Program-made: the position numbers and the translations under genes
Assembly (NCBI GenBank): GCA_020137815.1
Contig: CM035356.1
Span: 6,944,001 to 7,008,000 of the forward strand
Reading direction: 5' to 3'
Source: Hormiphora californensis
Lineage: Eukaryota; Animalia; Ctenophora
Length of the DNA stretch: 64,000 nt
Shown here: positions 23,943-37,426 of the stretch, one piece after another
How positions within the stretch are numbered: position 1 is the stretch's first letter
Layout: every line of letters starts with the position of its first letter
The notes under the pieces: model-generated
Seen by the model: the letters and a program-made list of their open reading frames with translations, nothing else
Database searches by the model: none
What the model was told of the DNA's origin: nothing

Positions 23943-25479
23943 CTCTCTCCTGTCTTCGATGCTCGCTGGTTCGGAGCTTGTGATTAGATGTATTTGTACA
24001 AATACCAAAACGCCAGATGGTCACAGGCTGGGTTTTCAGGAGAGGGTGTTCGAGATCATTCTGTGTGTGGGATACATGGCGTGTGTTCTGTTTGATGTTT
24101 ATGAAGGAACCCCCTGGATTTCCAAATCCACCCCATTTTGGGGGTGGATCTGGGTATTTTCTTGTGCTGCGATAAACCCTTTTTATGACTTAATCGTTCC
24201 TTATATAGGTTTCCGTCACCCCGCCCCAGACTATTATTCTTGAAACGCTCAACGCGCTGTTAAACTGTCACAATTACAGGCCCCAAAGAGTTCCGCCGAA
24301 ACGCCTCATTATAGGGATCCCTCGAGGGTGTGTGATATGCAGTTCCGCTAAAGGCAATTATCGCTAGGAGTGTAGATTGTGTAGACTGTGTAGTAGAGAG
24401 AGAGATGACTTCCATAATCCATTGATCTACCTAGGCCTAGACCTCTAGAGGTAGGGGAGGGATATTACATTATCATTATATGGGTCTAGAACTAGAAGAA
24501 AGAGGAAGAGAGACAGGGAGAGATATAGAGAGTGATATGGAGAGATAGAGAGACAGAATGATGAGGGACGATGATCCCCTTTCTTTGTCTTCATTATACC
24601 CACAGCGTGTAGCTTTATACACACTGTTATTATACAGATCATTGCCAGAGTTGTTCTATGGTTCAGTTCCTTGACTCTTAGTAATCTCTATTGTGTTTTA
24701 CATGAATCTGTTTGAGCTCTATATTGTGAACTTCACTGTCCAGCTATCCTCCACTGAATTATGTTGCTACCATGGTAACATATACAGCTTGAGTAACGAA
24801 ATCATTTCCCTGCCTAGTAGCTGCGTTGCCCCTATTTTGTTCATTCGAACGCACGGACAAATGAACAAAGCAGCTGTGAGCTGGGTTTAAAAATCTAGGA
24901 TTCTAAGCTGTAGGGTAACTCCGCGTAAGCTTATTCCACGGTTGTTTGGTAACGCATAATCTTAAATGCCCTTATTTTCCACCACCCCAATTGATGACAC
25001 GAAAATCAATGATAGATAAGCTGGCATCACGTATCACAACTGCTTGAGAACTGCTTGCGAACTTGAGGGATCACGTCACATAGCTACATATAGATTCAGA
25101 GAGAGAAGATGCAAAAAAGAGAGAGATAAGACACAAATCCTTCGGTACGATCGCCCCAGTTCTATTAGTTGATTTAATTTCAAAAAGTGTGTTGATTGCA
25201 GTAGTTTGAGTTATTGAATTATCGCCGAATAACCATCCCACGGCTGCAAGATGCAATAGTTATTCATTATTCAATCATCTAATTATTGCTTAATTATCTA
25301 ATTAGTAACTGAGTTACATAATGACACCATAAGTGAGGTCACATCTCGACCCATATGACGTAATATAATGTGTGACGTAATACCTTGATCTGGAATCTTC
25401 ATATTGTTGTGTGACCTTACACTATGGCCGTTAGAGTGTAAGAGGGGCTAAAGGTCATATCATATAACCTAGCTAAAGA

Positions 25480-25528
<49 letters not shown>

Positions 25529-26305
25529 TCTGCCCTCTCTCCCTTTCTTTCTCTCTGCCCACCCTCAAAGTCATAACTCATTTTTCTTATTTTCAGTTGT
25601 GCCCCGTGTCCTGTGGCGGCTGATGCTATAAAACCCTGTGTTTATTTCACAAATTCAGCTTCATTTGCTTTGTTTAAAAACTCTACAAACTTGTTTTAAA
25701 ATACAGTCAAAGCTCGGCTCTAGGGCAGGTTTTTGGGAAAAAAGTTTTTCCTTACCTTGTACCTAAATAAAGATCCGGTAAGTCGAGGTTTTACTGTCAT
25801 GTATTTTGTAGTGTTTATCATTGTTGTTTATGTGATGCAGGTTATTTAAAATAAGATTTAATATTAGCAGTATTTTTATAATACATACATTAATTCTAAG
25901 GTCTGATTTTTTGAACTCGTGATCATCTCAAACTTGTGCGTGTGTGATATTTATTACAAATTGACGTTAACACGTTAACATGTGATGTGTGCGATGGGAT
26001 GTGTGCGATATTGTGTGATACCCACTAGCTGACGGCTCAGTTTACTGACAGCCATGTGATAAACTACACTCATTGTCATCATCACGTGACTGTATCTACC
26101 GTTGGGGGAGGGGGCTGTCTCTTATTCTATCCTCTGGCCGACCATCAAGATGCATCCTCCGCCTTCTTTTGATTTCCCTGTACCATGTTTCTCCCTGTTA
26201 TACCGTGACTCAGATATGACACGTGGTATAACTAACCACGTGGTATTCTGTTCTGTGGATCTTCAGGAGTTTCCGGCCTACAATACTAGCCTGACACCCT
26301 TGTCT

Positions 26306-26505
<200 letters not shown>

Positions 26506-27138
26506 CTAGCTCTCCAGAACATTTTGCCCCGTAGTAGCCTGCATAATCTACACGCTTTTGTTTTGTTGGTACTTTCCGTGTAGCTCTCCCTAATTTTCCT
26601 GAAATGGATGTCAGGCCAATGCTCTAACAGGGACCCATTTTGGAAACGCCCTCCAAATCCCTAGTGTTCAGCTTTTAGAGCTCTAAAAAAGCCTCTAAAT
26701 GAGACTGACTGCTGCGACCTAAAGTCCCTCTAAATCCATTCTTTGATGATCTGATATGCTTGCGAGTAACACGCAGAATGTGTGTGGACAGAATGTACTT
26801 TCTGCATATTATTCAATATATAGGATCGTCCCGGCCCTCTTATAATTACTGCCATGTAGTTTCTAATGTATCATCCCCATCTCTCTAGAGATCTCTGTTG
26901 CTGTATAGCTTCAAATTTAGTGTAGTTCCTCATGTACATCAACGGTAGCTTTCAACGTTTCTCATGTGTACTGTGTACACTGAGGACCTTGTCTATGTAT
27001 AGTCTTTGCCTCATTATTTGCACTGTTCAGTGTTCATCTCTATACCTTGTCTATGTGTAATTGTTTATTTCATTATTTGCACCGTTCATAATCTAAATTC
27101 GAAGCTAACCCCATGCATCCCCCCTATAAAGTAGCGCG

Positions 27139-28048
27139 ATGATAACGGTAACAAGGCTGTGTGTGGTGGTGTTCGCTCTCCTAATCCAGGCTGGAGCCGA
27201 ATTATTCGGACGAAGACGCCAAACCGGAAGTAGAAGGAGGACAGGTGCCAGACCTGACACCAATGTGAAATATGGAATATCAGACATCGGTATGAAATAT
27301 TCATAGAATTCATTTAGCTGTGATATCGGTACGAAGTATTCATTTAGAACTCAAACTTAGAGTTAGAATTCATTTAGCTGCAGGCCCAAATGCAATTTCC
27401 CCGGCCCTCAGTTTTCTAACACAATTTAAACATTTCAGCGTTCTAACACACTTCCCCGATTTCAGTGTTCTAACACACTTCTCCAATTTCAGTGTTCTTA
27501 CACACTTCTCCAATTTCAATGTTCTAACACACTCCCCCTCCCTCAGTTTTCTACGTTATCATTGGAGTCGGATCGTTGTTTGTTATCTGTCTCATTGCCT
27601 CCATCGTCTACTACTTCTGCGTGCGAAGAAAGAGGGATCAGGAGGCCAAGGAGAAGGCGAAGTACCGACCGGTGGGACGAGGTTATGATGGGAGAACAAA
27701 GGAGGAACGAGACAGAGAACTTGAGGTATAACTGACATTTTGAATTTCAGTCGTGCAAATACTGTTCTTTTTGGGTACATGTTTATTTTCCTGATCCTTG
27801 AGGATCTATAGATGATCTATTACAATTATTATAGTAGCTTCCTACTCCCTCTAAAATAATACCCCCTCTATAATAATGATACCTTGTGTAGCTCACACTG
27901 CATTTTATAGCATAAAATGAGCGCTTAGTGATGGCAGATCAAATAATACCTCTCTCTCCATCAGGAATATCTATCCAAAGTACAGATCGAGACGCACCTG
28001 CCCAACTACGATGATTTTGAAGTGAGGAAGGAGAATGAGAGGCTTTGA
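27139..28048 (+). CDS. Small type I membrane protein (about 119 aa, 3 exons) with tribasic cleavage sites
   Basis: Exons 27139-27289, 27547-27671, 27965-28048. Signal peptide MITVTRLCVVVFALLIQAGA, ectodomain ELFGRRRQTGSRRRTGARPDTNVKYGISD, TM IVFYVIIGVGSLFVICLIASIVYYFCV, stop-transfer RRKR, tail ...HLPNYDDFEVRKENERL*. The exon 2 donor is uncertain (alternative at 27681). AATAAA at about 28274. Confidence 0.8.
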
Positions 28049-28356
28049 ACACAGGGAACGTTTGTTGAGTCAGGGCTGGGTACCTGCAGCAAGGAACGTT
28101 TTAATTGAGAGATTCCGTTTTTAGAGACGATCAGGAGGATGATATGGGACTGTTTTTACACGACACACATGCACATATTGTCTTTATTGAATGTTGGTTG
28201 GTAGAGAGAGAGGGGGGGTGGAGAGAAAGAATCAGACAAAATTCATCGTGTTTTTCCACAGTTATAATTGTTCAATAAACAATGAGAATGTGATTATTTT
28301 AATCAGAATTAGACCTATTGTAGAGAGATAGAGATAGAGAGATGGAGAGAGAGATG

Positions 28357-28392
<36 letters not shown>

Positions 28393-28905
28393 TAGAGAAA
28401 TGGAGAGAGAAGTGGAGAGAGAGTCCATGGGTTTATTAAAAATATATCTCCCATGGGTATGACGATTATTATGTTACACATAATTACATTCAGTTATAAT
28501 TATTATCCACTGAGTATTCGATTATGTTCTAAATATCATGGTCCATTTCACATAAGCAGCTTGTTTAATAAATAACATATTTCTTTTCCTACAGCCCTGC
28601 GTCACTCCCCTCGCGTCATTCCCCGTCCGGCCTTAGCATGTGATGAATCCAGAATCCAGAATTAGGATACATCGGGATCTGTATTTCTATTCTTATCTAA
28701 CATCCTTATCTAACAATAACAATCACTGTTTGTAATAAAGTAAGGACCATTTTTTCCCAAATTCTCATTGGTAATGTTTTAGAAAAAATATTTCTCGCAG
28801 TTGAGCATTTCAAACCCGCAAATTGTCTCGCCATAAAATACTTGTTGAGTAGGCGTGCGGAGGTGCAGAGAGGACAGTTTTATATGAGACAATTGAGTAT
28901 AAGGG

Positions 28906-29343
28906 ACTAGATCCAAAAACCAAACAAGTTTGGTGGATAGCCGGGGCCGCAGAAATTTATAAACATGCGAAAGTTTTGATACATGAACTTTCGGGGCCTG
29001 GGGTGCTGTTAAATTCGCGTTTCCATGATTATAACCAGCAACATTTTCAAACTATACGCCAGGAAAACTATCGCAATGATTGCAAGTTATCATTATTTTT
29101 GATTCCACATTAATCATACATACAGCTCCACACATATCACGTATAATATACTGCACACAGTAGGTCGTTTCAGAGTCTGTTTTACAGAATAATAGTGTGT
29201 TTTGAAAGAACGGCTGACTATCATGGAAACGCGAATTTAACAGCACCCCAGGCCCCGAAAGTTCATGTATCAAAACTTTCGCATGTTTATAAATTTCTGC
29301 GGCCCCGGCTATCCACCAAACTTGTTTGGTTTTTGGATCTAGT
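28906..29343. mobile_element. Inverted-repeat element (about 125-bp perfect arms)
   Basis: ACTAGATCCAAAAACCAAAC...TTCCATGAT is inverted at 29220-29343. Confidence 0.8.
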
Positions 29344-29372
29344 ATCAGGCATTTTGTTATACTACTTAGCTG

Positions 29373-30046
29373 AGTATATACCCTGCTAACTTAAATAATG
29401 CGCCAGTTGCGAGAAGTCCCACTAGCGCGCTCTCGATAACCAGCCAGTCCAGCGGCAGATTATTTCCCACTGGCAGGTTATTTATTTTTAACTCCTATGT
29501 TACATTCAAAGTGTGTGTAAATGATCAGTTCTTACTGAAATACAGAGGGAACACTGTTTGGAAGAGTTACACACTAAATTGGAGAGAAAGAAACAACAAA
29601 TTCCATCAATTACTCTCTCTTTATCTTCCCTTTTGTTTCACTATCTCAATTCCTCTGTGTTATGTCTGGCATGCCCCATATCTTGTTATTTCTTTCTCTC
29701 TCCTTAGTAACTGTTACCAAACAATGTACACTCAATTGAGAGATGTTTTTGACTGTTTCTCAGTTCTCTTTGTGTGTTTTGATTAGTGTTCTCTCTCTTG
29801 TTAGTGTGTAATACTTGTAACAAACAACTAAAGCAGGGTATATAACCTATAAACTCTTGCCACAGACGCGTTATAGGTTTAAACCCCTCCGCCTCTCCCT
29901 CGGCTACGCCTCGGGATCGTCGTCGTGATTTAAACCAGTTTATCCGCCAGTGGCGGATAAACTACAGCTACCTTCTCCCAGCGGCGCGCTGGGAGAAAGG
30001 TATCTGAAATAACGCGCCACTGGCAAGAGTTTATACCTCATTTATT
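29373..30046. mobile_element. Interspersed repeat, copy 2 (same family as 15499-16174)
   Basis: Colinear high similarity from GTATATACCCTGCTAAC to CTCATTTATT. Confidence 0.75.
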
Positions 30047-30309
30047 AAACGTGGATTGGGGATTCACAAATCACGGACTTTTTCAATCGCAGATATCCAA
30101 TCTCTAAAGCTATATTTGCGATTAGCTATATTTGCGATTAGCTATCCACGACTGGTAACTATCATATTACTCATTCGCGATGAGTTGTCGTGGTTAGTTA
30201 TCCGCGATTATTCTCTGATTTTGATACGGATAACGATCATGATCGATCACGGATAAGCATTGATAATCAAATATATCTGATACAATCAGGTTCTAGATGC
30301 TAATTCGCT

Positions 30310-30800
30310 CTTTTCTCGGTTTTTTTAAATCGTCTTATATTTAAGACAGTCATAACTCTAGATATGACTACCCATTATAACTGAAAATGCGGCAGTAAAC
30401 CTTATTTTATAAAATAAATCTGATTCAATGTTAATTTAGACTCTGAAATGCTTCTTTCTAGGCGTTTTTAAAATCGTCTTAAATTTAAGACAGTCATAAA
30501 TCTAGATATGACTTCCAATTATATCTGAAAATACAGCAGTTGACCTACGTTGGCAAAAATATATGTGATAAAATCATGATTTATAGTTTAATTTGCTCTT
30601 TTCTAGGTTTTTTTGAAAATCGTCTTAAATCTTAATACAGTCAGATGCCCGTAACTGAAGAACTGTAACTCGGATTTGCTTGAAATTTTGATCGTGTGTT
30701 CAAGATGTCGAGACAACATTACGTACCAAGTGGCGTATTCGTAGAACGACGGGAAGGCTGTCTTAGACGCTAAAGAAAACTTAAGACAGTCATAACTTTT
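30310..30800. repeat. Degenerate tandem repeat of about 145 bp
   Basis: Recurring AAATCGTCTTA.ATTTAAGACAGTCATAA core, 3-4 copies. Confidence 0.65.
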
Positions 30801-32584
30801 GTTATGACTGTCCGTTTTCTCTGTCCAAGCTTTAATACAAGGTACACCACTAGACCTACCGACTCCCAAAGTTTCATGGTGATAGCCTTAAAACTCTGGC
30901 CTCTATTAAGTACGCAAAAAAGTGGTTATTTTACGGTCGTTCGTGACGCGAAAAACGGACATTTTGTCTAAAATACGACCCTCTGTAACGTAAAAACCGT
31001 AACTCCGATTTGCATGAAATTTTGGACGTGTGCTCTAGGTGTCAAGGCAACACGAACTACCAAGCGGCAAGTTCGTAGGACAACGGGAAGGTTGTCTAAA
31101 ACAAAGTTGAAATTGCCGATTTCAGACAATAAGTATAGTAGCGCTGTCAAAATTTTCAAAAATTTTCAAAAAATTCAAAAATTTTTTTTCTCGCAATTTC
31201 GATTTTCCATTCACTGGAAGCAAGAATGCTTGGAAAATGGACATTTTTAAGGGAAGGATGGTTGGGGGAGGGAGGATTGGGCCCCGGGCGCTTGCCAGCG
31301 CTATGATGGATGAGTAAGTAAGTAAGTAACACGTCATCATTTCGATAACAACAATTCTGCAGATAATTAACGCCCATGGTTGTTATAACCACATGTTTAG
31401 TAACTCAACAAGGTGGAACTGACGTAGCGGTGATCAGTTTAGACCATCTTCGGTTCTTCCTCATGGTGGCATTTCCCCTGCAGATCCGTGATCTGATGGC
31501 ATAATAATGGAAATCTCTCCCTTTCTCTCTCTATCTCTCTCTCTATCTTTGTATCTCTCTCTCTCTATCTCTCTATCTTGTTCTATCTCTTTCTCCTTGT
31601 AATCAGTCCATATCCCTGGAACTATTTTAATGTTTACTGCAGCTTGTGTGTATACACGAGTCACGACCAAAAGTTAATAGCAATTCATTTAATTCCTTTT
31701 GGTCGTGGCCTATGCGTGATAGCTCGCATTTTACTCCGCATTTTGTCACAGTTTAGTTTGCTGTTCCCCTCGGCCCTCAGAAGAAACCTTTCTAGGAGAA
31801 TATCCTAATAAGGTAGATAACCAAAGCGGCTGAATAAACGCCCGCCCGCCCGCTATAAAAAGGAAGTCTGTTTTATATAAGCCGCTATTTTAAGAAACCC
31901 CTAACTTGTTTAGTTGTTTAGTTTATTAATAAACGAGAAAGTTTGAAGTTGTTGAAAAAAAATATAAAAAATTTATACAAATTGGTAAAAACACACTCAA
32001 AAATAGTCCGCAAAAATAGTCCGCAATTCACTTGGGCCCGGCCCCTTGTCAGGAAAACACAAGTCACTGAAAATACACAACAGTCCAAAAGGTGGAATCC
32101 CCATGCCTCTAAGGTACTGATCAGTTTCGTAAGATTTTGCTGGATGATGGAGAATGGAGATCCCGAAAGGTTTGAAGGAATAAGGCAGGAACGCTAAAGC
32201 TATTTTAGGAAAGAGGTTCCCAACTAATCGCAAGGGGAGCACCCTGGGAGTGGACATATAGATGCCATTTGACTAAAATTCGAATGTCTTAGACAGACTC
32301 TCGTACACGCAGGGCCCTCCCCAAGTGACTAGAGGGTATGATTAGAGGCGGGAATGTTAACAGTTAACAGAGTTACAACACCAATCGATTTTATACTAAA
32401 TTTACGTTTACGCGAACTGAAACAGTGAAACACAAAAGCTGGCCCTGCTTTTATGAACAGTTAGTTAAATATAATTTATTTCTCTCCCTCCTGAAAGTTT
32501 TCCCAAATTATATCAACCACCCCCGCGCCAGGTGTCTATGTCACCAAACCAACTGCCCGGTTCAGTTGACCCAAAAATACTTAC

Positions 32585-33356
32585 CAACACAATGTGTTAT
32601 ATACCAGGTCCTGTTTTCTAGGCATTTGATGGTAGTTTGATTCCGCGTGACCACCGTCCCTATCGGCTGGATCTGGGTGATTCCATACTGGGAGAATTTA
32701 GGGCACGCAACAACTAGAAATGAAGAAGGTATATTACTGGTTAATTTAATTAATGGGGCCAAGAAGATTTAATTGAACCAATCTATTACCTCGGATCTTC
32801 TTTGTTCCTTTATCTTGAGAAGTAATTTCCAGATTCCCTTCTGATTCTCCTGACCAAAGGTCCACGCAATTTTTTCGATAGGTGTCATTGGTAGGACTAC
32901 TGTTGAAGTTGTAGTCCAGTACCTCCAACCCATTACAATGAATCTGAAGCCCATCTGCACTCTTAGTAATCCTCCAAATTTTCTCTGGTTTCTCTGGGAT
33001 GGTTTCTGGAAAGGGAACCCAACCCCATGGTTCCCCAGTACATCGCCTTATTGAGTACCTGTTATACCCCGTACTTTGCTTTTCAATACCAACCTTATGC
33101 CTGTAGAAGCTGATGGAAACCTTTTTACTGTCAACTGCTAGCAGCTCAACAGGAAAAGTGTCGCTAATTTTTTCTCCAATTTTCTTGGAGTCACTCCACT
33201 CTAAAATAATTGGTGATAATTAGCGTTCACCCTTAATTATTAAGGTTAATAATTGAATTAATAATTTATTGACATTAAAATACCTGTTGGTATATCTGCA
33301 GACACCGTCAAAATGATGAAGGCAATACCCAGCATCAGAATCCAAGGCTTTTTCAT
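32585..33356 (-). CDS. Secreted protein: signal peptide, ctenophore-type about 130-aa domain, short sushi-like exon (3' end unresolved)
   Basis: Exons 33284-33356, 32790-33200, 32585-32713, all phase 1. Signal peptide MKKPWILMLGIAFIILTVSA, then FPETIPEKPEKIWRITK..LQIHCNGLEVLDY..CVDLW, then CPKF..PIGTVVT..IKC...W...C. Confidence 0.8.
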
Positions 33357-33421
33357 GTCTAAATGTTGGCATATGTTATTCATATGCTGGTGTATTCTCT
33401 CAAGAAGAATTATGAAGACTT

Positions 33422-33508
33422 TGCTCAATGCTCAATGCTCAATGCTCAATGCTCAATGCTCAATGCTCAATGCTCAATGCTCAATGCTCAATGCTCAATG
33501 CTCAATGC
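33422..33508. repeat. (TGCTCAA)n tandem repeat
   Basis: About 12 perfect 7-mers upstream of the minus-strand gene. Confidence 0.95.
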
Positions 33509-34452
33509 AATAAAAGGAATCATGTATTAATTTAAAAAGGGGCGGTTGGGAAAAATACAAATAACTTTAAAGCTAGGAGAGATTAGGAGCGAGTTGAAGA
33601 AAAAAAGCAGACAAAGAACTGAGTTATCTGTATGTTATATAACTGGGTGTTGTTAGATAGATCATCTATAATGGGTGCAGATAGTCTGTCTCTAGAAGAA
33701 TTCTCTCTGCTGGATTTATCTCTACTAGATTCTCTACTAGACTTCTCTCTATCTCTACTGGATTTATCTCTACTAGACTAGATGTCTCTCTATACCAGAT
33801 TATTCTATTTTTGCTATATTCCTCTCCCTCTATTATTATTATGTATATTATTATTATATAATAACGCTACGAAGGATTTCAAAGTACTGTTTTTCCCCTT
33901 TTCCCCCGTACAGGAAAAACGAGCCAGCAGAGCAGTCTTGTCTTCACTTCGGTAATTTGAATGGGTACCTACCTAGAGAATGTGGTCCCCGGCCTGAGGC
34001 CAGCTGATGGTTAAAAACTGGTTTGAGTAGGATTTGAAAGAAGGGAACTGAAATGTTATTACATGGGTGATCACTGATCAGCGTCAATTTTCTATGATCT
34101 AGCATTCTAGCCCATGCAGTATGTACATAAAGTCCTGAGCCAAATCCTTGAAATAGGCCGGAATGAATGAAATTTTTTAGCAGACGTACCAACCGCAGCT
34201 AACATTTGTTTCCCCGTTCAGACCGTAAAAACCTAAAATTTAAAAAAAATGAACATGTGTTTTCCCAACATCTCGAAAAATATTTTCATTTTTGTTACTC
34301 AACAATATCTTTGGTAGATTTCTGCAGATCAAATTCTTTCTCAACAAGATCTTGCAGAGTTTTCTGGGATGAAATTACTCTTTTCTTCTTGTGTGCATCA
34401 TTTTCTAGTTTCCGGTTCCCCAATGTCTTGAGAGTGAGCGTGAGAGAGAGAA

Positions 34453-34532
<80 letters not shown>

Positions 34533-35405
34533 ATTGTCTTTAAGGGCGTTGCAGGATGGATCCATTCTTTCAGAACCTTTGTTTCTCTTTAGTCCAATAT
34601 GCGCTTCGGAAAGTGCAATTGTTTTCTACTGGTTTCTGAATAGTGAATAAGTTGTGTCATTATTTCGCTATATTTTAGCTCCCCTGCAAAATAATGCTTC
34701 ATGCAAACCCTGAGGTTTAATTGGGAATAGCCATCACTGAAACCTGAGATTTCAGGTCTCAGTGGAAAATAGTCGTGGCCTGAACCCGAGGTTCAGGCAC
34801 GACTGTTTTCCCCCATACGGTCTAATTTTGTAAGGGATGGGGCCTACCCCTTATTCAATAATTTTGATTCAAAATTCACATTTCACTTTTTGTTACTATA
34901 GGTTTGCCGACTTTGCGAAACGTACGTGTGCTGACTAGAATTGCTGCTGTCACCAAACTTCAAAGCGTTGAAATTACAATGAACACCTCTTATAGTCGGC
35001 ACGATTACCTTGATGTTTATAGAAACTAGAAAGCGTGTGAGACATCCATGCCAAGGAGAAAAGTTATGAGACTGCCTAAAACGCCTTGTCGTCGCGACGA
35101 CAGTCGACACATATTGTGCATCTACTCGGTTCTGCTCAGATAATTTCTACATTAAATACATAGTTTCATAGAATACCAAGATATCAAAAAAGTATACATT
35201 TTCATACTTTTGCACTGTCTAGAATTGTTTACCCGAGACATTGCTAGTTACAAAAGCTCTCTGTAATTTCGGTTTAGTTTAAAATTTACTTGCCCTCCAA
35301 TGTGTTTCAGCGTGATGAAGTGTTTTGGCCGCGACGTGCCCAATGAAGTGTTCATATGTCACACAAACTCTGGGCATCACTCTCTTTCTCTCTTTCCCTC
35401 TTTTT

Positions 35406-35448
<43 letters not shown>

Positions 35449-36247
35449 ATTTCTCCTTCCCTCTATCCCTGTGTTTGTCTTTGTAGTTTTCAGCACGTTG
35501 TCTATGACGTGATTGATTGAATTTTCTGGTCTTGTTTATTCTGTCCTTGAATACACGATATAGAGAAATACACGCGTAGTTTATTTATACACTGGAAGCT
35601 GACCCAGTTAATTCTTTTTACTTTTTAGTAATAATGGGAGGTGATTACTGCAGTCGCCCACTAATAGACTGCATGGGTTACTGATTCTCGAGTGTTTGAC
35701 TTCACAGAGCTATCATATGCATAGCTCTTGAATTAAGTTCCTTTTGTGTCCGGGTGTCCCTCTCAAGCTGGGGATTGTGGAAGACGGACAGACAGACTGA
35801 CAGGAATTAGCTGTATAGCACTTTTGCCAGTTTTTCCTTTCATGTGGCGGCACTATAGCGTGGTCTATAATAAAAATACCTTGACTCGATTTATGCTAAA
35901 TTCTAATATGAACTAGTACTAATGCGATTTACACTCTCTCTCTTTTCGTCACCTATTTTCCACCTTTCTCTCTATCTTTTTTACTCTCTCTTTCATTCTT
36001 TTTTACTCTCTCTTTCATTTTTTCTCTCGCTATTCTTGCCATGTATACTGTTTTCTCTCTCTCTCGCATTCTCTACAGTCTACGTATACGTTATAGTACA
36101 GGCCTGTATATTTTACAAAGCCTACTAGCTGATTGCCATGCAGTGTATGCAAGATTCAATATTAAATATAGAACTCATTATGGATATTCTACAACCACCA
36201 ACCAAGTTTAGATATTAGACATATTGCCAATTGTTTGCTTAACTTTA

Positions 36248-37426
36248 TAGTAGAGTCGATAACTACATCGACCTCTCCCAATTGTTCCAGTTTCTGTCAC
36301 ATCTGTTTGGAGCCTCGACACGACCTCTAAACAGGTGTTACTTTTTCACAAACTGTTTTCATCTTGGTGTAATCAGCAGTTGAAATGTTGCTGATCATAA
36401 CAAAAACCTGACTAAATTTTTTCAACTTGGGGTAAAACCATGGGTGTCAAAAGTTAGCTCTAGGTCCCCTGAGTAACCATCCGGAGACTCTAAGAGATAT
36501 TTCAAGCCGTTCTCCCGTAATCATTATTCCCGGTAGAGAAAAAAATACAATGCGGACGTACGTGAGCGCTGGCAGGCTGTTTACATGTTATTGTATGTCT
36601 CTCACTCTCTCTGGAAAAACCGCACGTGCGGTTTAGTAGAGTCGATAACTACATCGACCTCTCCCAATTGTTCCAGTTTTTGTCACATCTGTTTGGAGCC
36701 TCGACACGACCTCTAAACAGGTGTTACTTTTTCACAAACTGTTTTCATCTTGGTGTAATCAGCAGTTGAAATGTTGCTAATCATAACAAAAACCTGACTA
36801 AATTTTTTCAACTTGGGGTAAAACCATGGGTGTCAAAAGTTAGCTCTAGGTCCCCTGAGTAACCATCCGGAGACTCTAAGAGATATTTCAAGTCGTTCTC
36901 CCGTAATCATTAATCCCGGTGGAGAAAAAAATACAATGCGGACGTACGTGAGCGCTGGCAGGCTGTTTACATGTTATTGTATGTCTCTCACTCTCTCTGG
37001 AAAAACCGCACGTGCGGTTGCGCCGCGCGAGATAACTCTTTCTCAAGGGGGAGAAAAGAGAGAGACGCACATTAACGTTATACATTAAAGTTGAGGTTGT
37101 AGGCAATTGCACGTACGTCCATACTCAAATATGTGCTCTACCGGGATTAATGATTACAGGAGAACGGCTTGAAATATCTCTTAGAGTCTCCGGATGGTTA
37201 CTCAGGGGACTTAGAGCTAACTTTTGACACCCATGGTTTTACCCCAAGTTGAAAAAATTTAGTCAGGTTTTTGTTATGATTAGCAACATTTCAACTGCTG
37301 ATTACACCAAGATGAAAACAGTTTGTGAAAAAGTAACACCTGTTTAGAGGTCGTGTCGAGGCTCCAAACAGATGTGACAAAAACTGGAACAATTGGGAGA
37401 GGTCGATGTAGTTATCGACTCTACTA
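36248..37426. mobile_element. Non-autonomous DNA transposon with long TIRs, 3-bp TSD (TTA) and a tandem-duplicated left arm
   Basis: TTA|TAGTAGAGTCGATAACT ... AGTTATCGACTCTACTA|TTA. The left arm is present twice (36248-36633 and 36634-37019). Confidence 0.88.

Noticed and set aside
35636-35740. Two short hairpins with C/D-box-like words
   Set aside because: Too short and degenerate to support a snoRNA call without a covariance search.
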